35,028 bases of DNA from Candidatus Nanohaloarchaea archaeon (GCA_047617745.1 JBLGBN010000006.1:1-35028), one strand, 5' to 3'; shown: positions 16,057-26,144, numbered from the stretch's first letter. The notes: generated from the letters alone by a model not told the origin. Program-made: numbers and translations.

Positions 16057-18636
16057 ATGCCAGAGGCCGTACAGGAGCAGGAACCGGAGGAATCAGAAAC
16101 CGACATGGAAGAAACTGAACCAGATACCGAGAGCGAGAACTACGACCCTGGAGAAGTCAAGATAAACAAGGTAACATTCAAAGGCTTCAAATCCTTCCAG
16201 CAGAAGACCGCAATCCCACTTTTCGAAGGCCTAACAGCTATTGTAGGAGAAAACGGCAACGGTAAGTCCAACCTTCTAGACGGTATCAGCTTTGTTTTTG
16301 GACGAAGAAGCTCCAATCTTCGAGCCGAAAAGATGACACAACTAATCTTCAACGGCGGAGAATCAAGGAAAGCCGCAGACTACGCAAAAGTCACAGTATA
16401 TCTAGACAACTCTTCCGGCATATTCGATGAATTCCTAGAAGAAGACGAGGAAGCAGAAGAAGTCAGCGTAGCCAGGAAAATCACGCAAGCCGGAAGCTCT
16501 ATGTACAAGTTCCAGGGAACCAACTGCAAGAAAAGCAAAATAGACGATATAGCGAAAAAGGCAAATATAGATCCTGAAGGCTACCACTTCGTTAGGCAGG
16601 GAAAAGTAACCGAGATCGTAGAGCAGAGCAACGTCGAGAGAAGAAAAGTTATTGATGAGCTCTCCGGAGTGGCAAAATTCGACGACCGGAAAGAAGAAGC
16701 AGAGGAGGAACTGGAGGAGGTAGAGGAAAAACTCCAGGAACAGGAGATCCTGCTTGACGAGAAAAAAGAATACCTGAAGAAACTGAAAGAGGAGAAAGAG
16801 CTGGCAAAACAGTACCGCGAGCTCGAGCAGAGAAAGGAGAAGCTGGAGGCCTCAATCCTCGAGGTCAGGAAAAGAGCATTATCCAACCAGCTGGCAAACA
16901 TTAACACAGACACCTCCGAGAAAAGAGAACGGATCGAGGAACTGGAAGAAGAACTGGAAGAACTTGACCAGAAAATAGATGACAAACAAGACAGAATAGA
17001 GGAAATTGAGGAACAGCAAACCTCAGGAAACGACGTCCAGCACCTGGAAAACCGGATAGAGAAGAAAAAAGGTAAGATAGAGAACAAACGCGACAAGATC
17101 GAAGACCTAGAAGATACAATCAGCGAACTCCAACAGATGCAGAACCGGAGAAACACAGGCTCCAAAGCGGTTGATTCAATTCTATCGCTCAACAAGGACG
17201 GAGTCTACGGAGCATTCCAGGACCTGATATCAGCAGAAGACAGATTTGGGATCGCAGTAGACACTGCTGCGGGCGGCCATATGAACGATCTGGTAGTCAA
17301 GGACAAAGATGTCGCAATGGAGTGCATCAACTACCTGAAAAGAGAAAATATCGGTAGAGCCAGAACCCTGCCAATGGACAAGATAAAAGATCGATCCAAG
17401 AGCGCAAAGTCCCAGATGGCGAAGAAAAAGAAAGGAGTAATAGGATACGCAACCGAGCTTGTAAACTACGACGATAAGTACGAGAAAGCTGTTAACCATG
17501 TCTTCTCCGACACTTTAATCGCGGAAGATCTCGACTCCGTAAAGAATATTGACGGCGTCAGAGTTGTCACGCTTGACGGCGACGTAATGTCCCGGGGCGG
17601 CTCTATGACCGGAGGTAAGAAGAAAACCCGAAAGAAGAAAAGCAAGAAACTATCACAGAACCTTGACCCCGAGAAAAAGAAGGAGGAAAAGAAAGAGATT
17701 GGGGAAGAGATCGAATCACTTCAGAAGGACATAGCCGAGCTCAAACAGATGAAGGAGAGGAAAGAGGAGGAACAGGGATCGGATGAGGACCTGAGGAACG
17801 AGAAAAACGAGATTAGAGACGAGCTGCAGGACTTAAGAGAGAAAAGACAGGAGATGTACTCGGAGAAGCAGAAACTGAAGACGAAGATAGACGATGTCGG
17901 TTCGAAGAAGGCTAACCTGAAAGCAGAGCTTGAAAACGTGAAAGACGACCTGGAAGAACATGATTTCGATGAAGATGAACTGAAACTTGAAGCTTCGCCG
18001 GAAGATCTGAAAAAGAAGAAAAAGAAGATACTTAGAAAGCAGAACTCGATGGGGCCTGTCAACATGCGGGCAATCGACGAATACAAGGAGAAGAAAGAAG
18101 AGTTCGACGAGTTCAAAGACCAGGTATCCGAAATTAGACAGGAAAAACTCGAGATAGAGGACATGATTGAAGATATCGACGAGAAGAAAAGAGAATGCTT
18201 CATGGAGACTCTTGACGAGATACAGGAAAGCTTCGGAAGAATATTCACCAATCTATTCGATGGGGGAGAGGCCAAGCTTGTGCTTGAAGACGACGACATC
18301 GAGAAAGGACTCAAGATCCGCGTCAAACCACCTGGGAAAGAACCTCACATAATACAGGCTTTATCCGGCGGAGAGAAAACCATGACAGCAATCGCATTCG
18401 TTTTCGCAATCCTGGAGTACGAGGAATCACCTTTCTACATCATGGACGAGATCGATGCAGCGCTGGACAAGAAAAACTCGAAAAAGCTCTCCGAACTTCT
18501 GAAAGAGTATGCGGATGAGAACCAGTTTATTGTAATATCTCACAACGAGATAACAGTCAGACACGCAGAAAGAGCATATGGAGTCACGATGCAGGACGGC
18601 GTTACCAAAATGAGAAGTATTGAACTGGAAGTGTAA
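16057..18636 (+). CDS. smc: Chromosome segregation protein SMC, short-armed (859 aa)
   Basis: GFKSF, Walker A GENGNGKSN, Q-loop VRQG, hinge GDVMSRGGSMTGG, GPVNMRAIDEY, LSGGE, DEIDAALD, ISH. Confidence 0.95.
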   Translation: MPEAVQEQEPEESETDMEETEPDTESENYDPGEVKINKVTFKGFKSFQQKTAIPLFEGLTAIVGENGNGKSNLLDGISFVFGRRSSNLRAEKMTQLIFNGGESRKAADYAKVTVYLDNSSGIFDEFLEEDEEAEEVSVARKITQAGSSMYKFQGTNCKKSKIDDIAKKANIDPEGYHFVRQGKVTEIVEQSNVERRKVIDELSGVAKFDDRKEEAEEELEEVEEKLQEQEILLDEKKEYLKKLKEEKELAKQYRELEQRKEKLEASILEVRKRALSNQLANINTDTSEKRERIEELEEELEELDQKIDDKQDRIEEIEEQQTSGNDVQHLENRIEKKKGKIENKRDKIEDLEDTISELQQMQNRRNTGSKAVDSILSLNKDGVYGAFQDLISAEDRFGIAVDTAAGGHMNDLVVKDKDVAMECINYLKRENIGRARTLPMDKIKDRSKSAKSQMAKKKKGVIGYATELVNYDDKYEKAVNHVFSDTLIAEDLDSVKNIDGVRVVTLDGDVMSRGGSMTGGKKKTRKKKSKKLSQNLDPEKKKEEKKEIGEEIESLQKDIAELKQMKERKEEEQGSDEDLRNEKNEIRDELQDLREKRQEMYSEKQKLKTKIDDVGSKKANLKAELENVKDDLEEHDFDEDELKLEASPEDLKKKKKKILRKQNSMGPVNMRAIDEYKEKKEEFDEFKDQVSEIRQEKLEIEDMIEDIDEKKRECFMETLDEIQESFGRIFTNLFDGGEAKLVLEDDDIEKGLKIRVKPPGKEPHIIQALSGGEKTMTAIAFVFAILEYEESPFYIMDEIDAALDKKNSKKLSELLKEYADENQFIVISHNEITVRHAERAYGVTMQDGVTKMRSIELEV

Positions 18637-18996
18637 CTACCAGAACTCGAACCGGCCTTCCAGACCTATATTCTCAAGCCATTTCTCAACTTCATCTGAA
18701 TCTTCAGCGGCCACTGGAGCTACCTCAACAGCTTTTTCCTCATTGTTGATATCGAACGACTCTGAGTCCTGAGGGTAATGTTCCTCCTCGATTAGGTAGC
18801 CGGGAACTATCACTTTAGAAACGCCATCAATCTTTCTCTCCTGGTAAACTATCTCCCTACCCATGAACTCTGCTACGCCATAATCCTTCCTCTCTATCCT
18901 GTAGGAATCGGAGTAGTCAGGGTCAATTCTGTGAACCTCCTCTCCCTCATCATAGTTCAGGAAGAGCTCTGTATCCTCTGTGTTAACCGGGTTCAT
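18637..18996 (-). CDS. Hypothetical acidic protein
   Basis: 119-aa ORF convergent with smc, stop codons abutting. Confidence 0.6.
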   Translation of the reverse strand: MNPVNTEDTELFLNYDEGEEVHRIDPDYSDSYRIERKDYGVAEFMGREIVYQERKIDGVSKVIVPGYLIEEEHYPQDSESFDINNEEKAVEVAPVAAEDSDEVEKWLENIGLEGRFEFW

Positions 18997-19096
18997 AACC
19001 TGAAAATAGGGACTAAACTTTTAGTCAGTAACCAAACCAGTTAAAAACTGTAGAAGACAATTTTTCGGTGGGGAGAGGGATCGAAGAGATGACAGC

Positions 19097-19825
19097 ATGG
19101 ACAACTACGATATTAACGAACTAGCAGAACAACCGTGGGAAGATACACTAGAAGTTTTAACCGCGGACATGGATCCCTCAAGCATAGATATCAAGATTCT
19201 GGCAGAAAGGTATAGAGAATACATAAACGAGCTCGAAGAATTTGATCTGGAAGTTCCAGCCCGGGCTATCAGACTCTGCGCGGCGCTTCTTAGGATTAAA
19301 ACTCTGGCAATGGCTGGCGAACAGGTAGATGAAAACCCGCAGGAAGAGAATCCTATGGACTTCGAAGACGAGGAATTCCTGGAAGAAGAGGAAATGATGG
19401 AAGACGATGAACCTGATCTCAGGACCGGTCCCGACCTAGAAATGCCTGTCAAGCCCAAACCAAAGAGGCGGATGAGCCTCAACGAACTGAAAGACGCACT
19501 GGACGACGCAATGGAAGTTAAAGAGAGAAGAGAGGAAAGGCAGGAAATGAGGCAGGAACTCGACCAGCAGATGGAGATCGACGAGAAATCGCTGGACGAA
19601 AAGATCAACTCGCTGTTCTCCCGACTAACAAACCTGATTGGTTCGAGCTCCGAAAAGGTAAAGTTCGACCAGCTGGTAGAAAATAACGAAAGCGAGGAAC
19701 AGCTCGAGAAATTCCTGCATGTGCTTCACCTAGAAGACGATCAGAAAGTCAAATGTATACAGGAAGACTTCCTAGATGATTTACATGTCAAACCAACTGA
19801 ACAGAAAGAAGAGGTGGCAAACTAG
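19097..19825 (+). CDS. scpA: Kleisin ScpA
   Basis: MDPSSIDIKILAERY, AALLRIKT, R.MSLNELKDAL, C-terminal FLHVLHL...QEDFLDDL. Confidence 0.9.
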   Translation: MDNYDINELAEQPWEDTLEVLTADMDPSSIDIKILAERYREYINELEEFDLEVPARAIRLCAALLRIKTLAMAGEQVDENPQEENPMDFEDEEFLEEEEMMEDDEPDLRTGPDLEMPVKPKPKRRMSLNELKDALDDAMEVKERREERQEMRQELDQQMEIDEKSLDEKINSLFSRLTNLIGSSSEKVKFDQLVENNESEEQLEKFLHVLHLEDDQKVKCIQEDFLDDLHVKPTEQKEEVAN

Positions 19826-20362
19826 ATGGAAGCAAAGAAATCAAGACTTGAAGCGGCGCTTTTCCTAGCTGAAGACCCTGTAGACAAGGAGGAAATCGCA
19901 GACATAATGGACCTGGGAAGCATGGGGTATGTGGACATGCTTATAGAGGAGTTCCAGGAAGCACTCGAGGAAGAACACAGAGGCCTCGAACTGGTTGAAA
20001 CCCCTGAAGGATACGAACTCAAGGTCAAGAAAGACCATCTGGAACACGTCGCGCATCTAGCCCCTCACCAAGACCTAAACGAGGGTCAGCTAAGGACTTT
20101 AAGTTTGATCGCTTACAACGCCCCAGTAGAGCAGGCAGACATAGTCGAGATCAGAGGAAACCGGGCGTACCAGCATGTCAAGGAGATGGTCAACAGAGGA
20201 TTTATCTCAAAAGAGAAAGACGGCAGGACCTCAATTCTTGATGTCACCGATCATTTCCTGGATTATTTCGATATCAATTCAATCGACCAGTTCCGGCAGG
20301 AATTTGAGAACGAGCAGGCTGGAAGAGAAGGAAAACAGCAGGGCGTCGACATGTTCGAATAA
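19826..20362 (+). CDS. scpB: KITE subunit ScpB
   Basis: LEAALFLAEDPV, LRTLSLIAYNAPVEQADIVEIRG, TDHFLDYF. Confidence 0.93.
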   Translation: MEAKKSRLEAALFLAEDPVDKEEIADIMDLGSMGYVDMLIEEFQEALEEEHRGLELVETPEGYELKVKKDHLEHVAHLAPHQDLNEGQLRTLSLIAYNAPVEQADIVEIRGNRAYQHVKEMVNRGFISKEKDGRTSILDVTDHFLDYFDINSIDQFRQEFENEQAGREGKQQGVDMFE

Positions 20363-20396
20363 TGCTTTTTTGTAACTCACCGTTAAACCTAGTTTT

Positions 20397-22298
20397 ATGG
20401 AACTAACCAGCCTCGATCTTTCAATCCTGATGGACGACCTGAAGAAACTGGAAGACGGTCACGTCCAGAAGGTTTACCAGAGAGACAACGAGCTGACTCT
20501 GGAGGTCTACATCCCGGGAGATGGTAAAGAGAGGCTGATAATAGGTACAGACCATGTATTTCTATCTAAATACAAAAGAGACAACCCGACCAGACCTCCC
20601 GGCTTCGCGATGGAGCTGAGAAAGCATCTTGGAAAAATAGATTCAATGAGTCAGAGAGGTTTCGACCGTATACTTGAAATAAAGAGTGGAGACACGCGAT
20701 TGATATGTGAGGTTTTCGGTAAAGGCAACTTTATCCTGGTCAAGGACGACAAGATAATAGGAGCCCTGAGACAGGAGGAATGGGCCGACAGAGATATTCT
20801 CGTGGGAGAAGAGTACGTGTACCCGGAACCCGCGCCCGATCCACGGGAGATGGAGGATTATATAGAGAATCTGAGCGAGGGAGAGATCGTCAGGAGAATC
20901 GCCTCAGATCTAAGCCTGGGAGGTACATATGCTGAAGAGATCTGCGAGAGAACCGGAGTGGAGAAAACTAAGGATGTATCGGAACTGGATGAAGATGAGA
21001 GACAGAGCATAAACTCCGAAATACAGAACATAATAGAGGAAGAGAGATTCCCTGTCTTATACTACGACGAGAACGGGTTTCCAAAACGTGCCTCCCCTTT
21101 CAGATTGGAAACGTACTTGAAAATGGAAGAAGAGGAGTTCGAGAGCTTCTCCGAGGCGCTGGATGAATACTACTACACGCGGGAGAAAAAGCAGGAGGAG
21201 AAACAGAAGCTGGACGCATACAACGAGAAGCTGGAAGGTCTGGAAGCGCAGAAAGAACAGCAGGAGAGAAAGATCGAAGGACTGAAGAAGTCCGCGGAGC
21301 AGAAGCGGGAGGACGCGGAAGCGATCTACGAGAACTACAACATACTGCACGAGATCAAGACAAAGATAGAAGAAGCAATCGAGGAACATGGCTGGGACAA
21401 AACACGTGAAATGCTGGATGAAAAGGAGAACGAGCTGGCGGAGCGGGTCAACTCTCTGAACGAGCAGAACAACTTCATATCCATCGACATCGGAAATAAG
21501 AACCTGAAGATATACCTTGACCAGGATCTGGAAGCTACCGCTTCAGAGTTCTACGACAAAGCCAAGGAGTCAGAGTCAAAGATTGAGAGCGCGGAGAAGG
21601 CGCTTGAGGAAACGGAGAAACAGATTGCCGAACTTGAGAAAGAGGATATAGAACTCGAGGAAGTTATGGAGGATAAATCCGAGAAACGGGAGAAAGAATG
21701 GTTCGAAAAGTACCGCTGGTTCTACTCCTCGGAAGGCTATCTCGTGCTCGCAGGTAGAGACTCTCAGACCAACGAAATGCTGGTCAAGAAGCACATGGAA
21801 AATAATGATCTATACTTCCACGCCGACTTTGACGGCGCGCCCAGTGTCGTTATCAAGGATGGTCAGGATGCAGGGGAGGGAACTCTGAAAGAGGCTGCAC
21901 AGACCGCTGTCACGTTTTCAAAGACATGGAAAGCTGGCATAGGTGCGGACGATGTGTACTATGTGGATCCTGAACAGGTGACAGAAAACCCTGAATCAGG
22001 TGAGTACCTGTCAAAAGGGGCGTTTGTTATCCGGGGCGACAGAGACTACATGAGAAACGTGGAGGTCAGCGCAGCAGTAGGAGTGTATGAAATTGATGGA
22101 CACGAAGTTCCGATGTGTGGACCTGAAGAAGCCGTGGAGGAAAACTGTGAAGTATTCGTCAATATCAGACCCGGGCACAAGAAAAAGTCAGATATAGCGA
22201 AGGAGATTAACCAGAGATTCGCGGACGAAGGATACGATCTTGATCTCGACTACATAATCAGAGTTCTGCCTCCAGGAGAATCCGAGATTGAAGAATAA
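20397..22298 (+). CDS. rqcH: Ribosome quality-control factor Rqc2/NEMF (NFACT)
   Basis: FAMELRKHL, FDRIL, E.FGKGNFIL, WFEKYRWF, GRDSQTNE, HADFDGAP, GEYLSKGAFVIRG. Confidence 0.93.
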   Translation: MELTSLDLSILMDDLKKLEDGHVQKVYQRDNELTLEVYIPGDGKERLIIGTDHVFLSKYKRDNPTRPPGFAMELRKHLGKIDSMSQRGFDRILEIKSGDTRLICEVFGKGNFILVKDDKIIGALRQEEWADRDILVGEEYVYPEPAPDPREMEDYIENLSEGEIVRRIASDLSLGGTYAEEICERTGVEKTKDVSELDEDERQSINSEIQNIIEEERFPVLYYDENGFPKRASPFRLETYLKMEEEEFESFSEALDEYYYTREKKQEEKQKLDAYNEKLEGLEAQKEQQERKIEGLKKSAEQKREDAEAIYENYNILHEIKTKIEEAIEEHGWDKTREMLDEKENELAERVNSLNEQNNFISIDIGNKNLKIYLDQDLEATASEFYDKAKESESKIESAEKALEETEKQIAELEKEDIELEEVMEDKSEKREKEWFEKYRWFYSSEGYLVLAGRDSQTNEMLVKKHMENNDLYFHADFDGAPSVVIKDGQDAGEGTLKEAAQTAVTFSKTWKAGIGADDVYYVDPEQVTENPESGEYLSKGAFVIRGDRDYMRNVEVSAAVGVYEIDGHEVPMCGPEEAVEENCEVFVNIRPGHKKKSDIAKEINQRFADEGYDLDLDYIIRVLPPGESEIEE

Positions 22299-22300
22299 AC

Positions 22301-22373
22301 TGGCAGGGCCGGGATTTGAACCCGGGTCCGTACAGCCCCACTGTACGATTATAGTCCGCTAAACCACCCCGCC
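22301..22373 (-). tRNA. tRNA-Pro(GGG)
   Basis: Minus strand: GGCGGGG/CCCTGCC+A73; GTACA-GTGGGGC-TGTAC; CCGGG-TTCAAAT-CCCGG. Confidence 0.88.
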
Positions 22374-22376
22374 CAA

Positions 22377-23969
22377 CTACATGTATAGCTCGTCTGCCTT
22401 ATCTCTTAAATGATCAATGTACGGTTCTACGTCGAGCTCGGTGTAATCACTTCTGTCCCAGACCGCTTTTCCGTGCTGCCAGATATTCTCAACCATCCAG
22501 TCATTGACCGTATCCAGATCCGTGTTTGACGCGTATTCTCCGACGTCTTTCTCCAGTTCTTCATCCATTGAGCCTCTCCAGTTGGCCGCCATTACATCTC
22601 CGAGAGTGTAGCTCGGGAAGTAGCCGAACTTGCCTTTACCCCAGTGAACATCCTGAAGAACTGTCTCGGATTCGTCCATCTCCTCGATTTCAATCCTTAG
22701 CGGATCGCCGATGTAGCTCTGCATCTTGTTCTGCCATTTATCGTGTATGTCATCCACCATTGATCCAGCAGGTTCACCGCTTTCAATTAATTCTTTCTCA
22801 ATTTCATACCTGATCACAACATGTAAAGGATAAGTTACCGGGTCAGCCGAAATTCTTTCCCTGTTGTTTGGGTCTATCGCGTTGAACCAGCCGTAGAGGT
22901 TTTCAGGATCGAAATCCGGGATTCCATGGGCGGAGAGCCAGTCCTGCGGCCCAATACCTTCTTCACTTTCTGACGCCAGAAAGCCGAGGAACTCTCTTGA
23001 TCTGAAGACATGGTTCTGGTAGAAACGTGCGCTTCCCTCATCAACCGCTTCAGAAGGCGGTTCCCCCAGAGGAAGGTACATCTGGTCGCGGGGCAGATTC
23101 TCTCTTCCAAAGGTGTGGCCGTACTCGTGTGCTGTGGTATCCAGAGCTTTGGCCCAGAAGGACTGGTCTGTGGTTTGAAGCGGAGCCATGAGCGAGTTGC
23201 CGTACTCCATGCCACTGGAAGCTATTCTCACCGGCATCCTGACCGGGTTACCTCCTAGAACATAGTTTGCAAGGAATTCATGTACCGAAGCCGGGTTTTC
23301 TGTCAGCTCCTCTAGACTTCTGGAATCATCAACTTCTGCTCCGGTTCTTTCCCAAACCCCTTGGACTTCATCACTAGGTATTTCTTCAAGTATGCCTATA
23401 GCCTCTTCCTTCACCCTCTTCATTATCTGATCTATCTTCTGGGGTGGGACATTGGGCTCCCATATTCCAAGAACTTCGCCATAATCGCCTCCAGAGTATT
23501 CCCTGAATCCTTCAACCATTTCAGCAAAGTCATCTTCCACTTCTTCGACCTGATCGGCTTCACCCCATTTATCCCTCAGGCCGTTTGAACCTTCAACAAC
23601 ATTTCTCACCTGGAGAGGGATTTCAGAATCGTTTCCGTACTCCTGCAAAATCAGTTTCAGATTCTCCTTTTCGTCTGCCGATAGATTCTCGGGTATATTC
23701 TCTTCGCCTGCTTTTTGTGCAACTTTCCTTAATTCCTGATGTTCGGACTCTATCTCTTGATTTATCTGTCCGATATCTTTTTCGAGATGCTGTGTTAGCT
23801 CGTCGTCGCCTCTGGGCTGTACGCCAGGGCCGGATGCTTTATCAGATCTCAGGAGCTCTCTGGCAACCTCAAGCCTTCCCACTTTCTTCCGACCGTTCAG
23901 CAAATGCTCCGCAGACGCCCGAGACATATTTTGTATCTTTTTAGTGACAAATTCAAAAATCTTTTCCAT
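22377..23969 (-). CDS. Peptidase M32 (carboxypeptidase Taq family), divergent
   Basis: HEYGH zinc motif, ADPVTYPLHVVIRYEIE, LQDVHW, GYFPSYTLG, IWQHG; start uncertain. Confidence 0.88.
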   Translation of the reverse strand: MEKIFEFVTKKIQNMSRASAEHLLNGRKKVGRLEVARELLRSDKASGPGVQPRGDDELTQHLEKDIGQINQEIESEHQELRKVAQKAGEENIPENLSADEKENLKLILQEYGNDSEIPLQVRNVVEGSNGLRDKWGEADQVEEVEDDFAEMVEGFREYSGGDYGEVLGIWEPNVPPQKIDQIMKRVKEEAIGILEEIPSDEVQGVWERTGAEVDDSRSLEELTENPASVHEFLANYVLGGNPVRMPVRIASSGMEYGNSLMAPLQTTDQSFWAKALDTTAHEYGHTFGRENLPRDQMYLPLGEPPSEAVDEGSARFYQNHVFRSREFLGFLASESEEGIGPQDWLSAHGIPDFDPENLYGWFNAIDPNNRERISADPVTYPLHVVIRYEIEKELIESGEPAGSMVDDIHDKWQNKMQSYIGDPLRIEIEEMDESETVLQDVHWGKGKFGYFPSYTLGDVMAANWRGSMDEELEKDVGEYASNTDLDTVNDWMVENIWQHGKAVWDRSDYTELDVEPYIDHLRDKADELYM

Positions 23970-24013
23970 TTACCTAGAAATGGGTTCTGAGCATTAATAA
24001 TTCAAGCCGCTCT

Positions 24014-24961
24014 CTACACGATACCAGAAACCAGAAGAACCTTCGAGACGGAAAACCCTATGGCTATCGCGAGCAGGAACGCCGATACCCAGGCTCCAGC
24101 AGTTCTCGAAATCTTTTTCGCATCGAAATTGGAGCGGCTCTCAACCAGTCCCGAGCCGATCACAGAGGCTATGATTGCCTCGTTGAAGGAAATCGGCACG
24201 CCAAGAAAAATGCCGATCTGAGCCAGGAAGGAAGCGGATAAAAGGGCTGCAATCGATCTTCTGGGACCCATGTTAGTGTAGTCGACTGAAACCGCACGAA
24301 TAATCCTCGGGGAGTAAAGCCAGCTTCCGAGTAGAATCGTCATACCTCCCAGAATCAGAAGCAGATTCATCGAATAACCTGTGCTCTGGAGAGGACCCAC
24401 CGCCAGACCAACCGATCCGGCTCCGGCAGTGTAAGCCATGTAAGAACCGGAAATCAGAAGCAAAGCTTTAATGTAGTTTTCAGAACCCTCCTCCGGCACC
24501 ACCCTTCTCAGAACACGGGCGATCCCATATCCAAGCAATGCAGCAGGTATCGGTATAAGAAGCCAGTAGAGAACAATCTTTGTCATAACCGGATTTGAAA
24601 CAGCATAGCCAGAGCCAAGTCCGACACCTATAACCGCGCCTACAAGTGTAAAAGCTGTCGGCATCGGATAATCAGTCAAAACACTGGCAATAACTAACGC
24701 CGAACCAATTAGAAGAACGACTGCACCCTCCAGAACAGCTAGTTCTGCGCCAAGAATCCCTGAACCTACAGTGCTAGAAACGTTAGCTCCCTGAACTACA
24801 GAGCCTATAAAAGCAAATACACCTGCAAGAAGGGCAGATCTTAGAACGCTAGCAGTGCCAGATGAGTTAACAGGTCCGAAAGCAGGGGCAACACTGGAAG
24901 CACCTATTGAAACACCCATAAAACCGGAGGCCAGAAGTGCAATCGCCAGTATTAAATCCAT
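24014..24961 (-). CDS. PiT-family inorganic phosphate/anion transporter
   Basis: IGASSVAPAFG, QGANVSSTVG, GVPISFNEAIIASVIG; multi-TM. Confidence 0.85.
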   Translation of the reverse strand: MDLILAIALLASGFMGVSIGASSVAPAFGPVNSSGTASVLRSALLAGVFAFIGSVVQGANVSSTVGSGILGAELAVLEGAVVLLIGSALVIASVLTDYPMPTAFTLVGAVIGVGLGSGYAVSNPVMTKIVLYWLLIPIPAALLGYGIARVLRRVVPEEGSENYIKALLLISGSYMAYTAGAGSVGLAVGPLQSTGYSMNLLLILGGMTILLGSWLYSPRIIRAVSVDYTNMGPRRSIAALLSASFLAQIGIFLGVPISFNEAIIASVIGSGLVESRSNFDAKKISRTAGAWVSAFLLAIAIGFSVSKVLLVSGIV

Positions 24962-24965
24962 TCAA

Positions 24966-25523
24966 TCACTCTTCAGTAAAACGTTCTTTCAGAGCTTTCC
25001 TGCTTTCCTTATCACGAGCATCAAGATCAAAGCGGTACCCTCCGTCCTTTTTCTGCCCTATGTCTGCGGATAAGTCTCCTGCATCAAAGAAGTACGGGTT
25101 AAACTTCAGCATCATCGAGGAATAAACCTTCTCCTCTATCTTTCTAACAGCTTTAATCGAACCTGAAAAAACAGGTCTAAACGCATCAAGAGTTGCTTCT
25201 TTAGCGCCCTCAGGCCTCTTTTTCTTTACAGTATTTTTACCTGCTTCAACAGCTTTCTGGCCGGCTTTAGCAAGATCTTTTACTCCCTCGCTTTCATCCT
25301 CAATATTTCTTTTCTTCAGGGATGCGGACTCTATAGTTTTGCGCTTCATGTCCTCCTGACTGTCTGAAGATCTTGGACGCCATTCCTCAAAATGCTCAAT
25401 TACCTCATCGTCTTCCTCTTTCTCCCTGATCACTTCCTCTGCCTCCTCGGCGAATTCAGCTATCTCCTCTATGTCCCCCTCTTTCCTGATTCCCGAGTTT
25501 GTCTCCTTGATATTTTCGCCCAT
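24966..25523 (-). CDS. Conserved halophile protein (DUF5828-like)
   Basis: FEEWRPR, RKIEEKVY..MM...PYFFD...SADI resemble the remembered haloarchaeal family. Confidence 0.55.
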   Translation of the reverse strand: MGENIKETNSGIRKEGDIEEIAEFAEEAEEVIREKEEDDEVIEHFEEWRPRSSDSQEDMKRKTIESASLKKRNIEDESEGVKDLAKAGQKAVEAGKNTVKKKRPEGAKEATLDAFRPVFSGSIKAVRKIEEKVYSSMMLKFNPYFFDAGDLSADIGQKKDGGYRFDLDARDKESRKALKERFTEE

Positions 25524-25550
25524 TATAAATTGTAAACAGTAGCAGCCAGT

Positions 25551-26144
25551 TTAAAAGTCTAACTTATCCTCTACAGCGGTTTTCACACTTCGAAAGACCT
25601 CATCCTTCGAACCGGCGGCATCAACCACAGCCACATTTTCCCTATCCTTCAGTTCACGGTATCTCTTCACCACTTTCTGCTGAAAGCTCATTTCCTCGAA
25701 AATATTGCCGTCGTGACCTCTTTCCTCTACGCGCGACATTCCAACCTCTGCCGATATATCAAGTATAACTGTCAGATCCGGCTTTAGAGCCTCCTTGTTT
25801 AACTCCTCAACCCATCCTCGATCTGCTCCCATAATCGGCTGGTAGACAAGCGACGAATGAGCATAACGGTCAGAAATCACGGTTTTTCCTTCCTCAAGCC
25901 AGGGAATAACCCTCTCTTCAAGATGCACCATTCTATCTGCTGCAAATCCAAGCGCAACGGTTTCCGGAGAATTATCGTTGGAGGAAATCATCTCATCAAC
26001 CTTCCTTCCAATACTCATATCTGTAGGTTCGAAAGTAAGTTCGGCGCCAATTTCCTCTGCAAGCCTCTCTGACTGTGTGGTAGTTCCAGCACCGTCAGCA
26101 CCCTCTATCACGATAAAAGTGCCAGGGAAGTCGTTTTCTTTCAC
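25551..26144 (-). CDS. tmk: Thymidylate kinase
   Basis: FIVIEGADGAGTTTQ (P-loop Lys replaced by Thr), FAADR, ISDRYAHSSLVYQ, PDLTVILD; GTG start. Confidence 0.92.
   Translation of the reverse strand: MKENDFPGTFIVIEGADGAGTTTQSERLAEEIGAELTFEPTDMSIGRKVDEMISSNDNSPETVALGFAADRMVHLEERVIPWLEEGKTVISDRYAHSSLVYQPIMGADRGWVEELNKEALKPDLTVILDISAEVGMSRVEERGHDGNIFEEMSFQQKVVKRYRELKDRENVAVVDAAGSKDEVFRSVKTAVEDKLDF

Noticed and set aside
16581..18326. Long minus-strand Ser/Phe-rich ORFs inside smc
   Set aside because: Antisense shadows of Glu/Lys-rich coiled coils
22301..22374. tRNA-His(GTG) reading of the minus-strand tRNA
   Set aside because: GTG is off-centre in the loop and the discriminator is A rather than C73; GGG is centred
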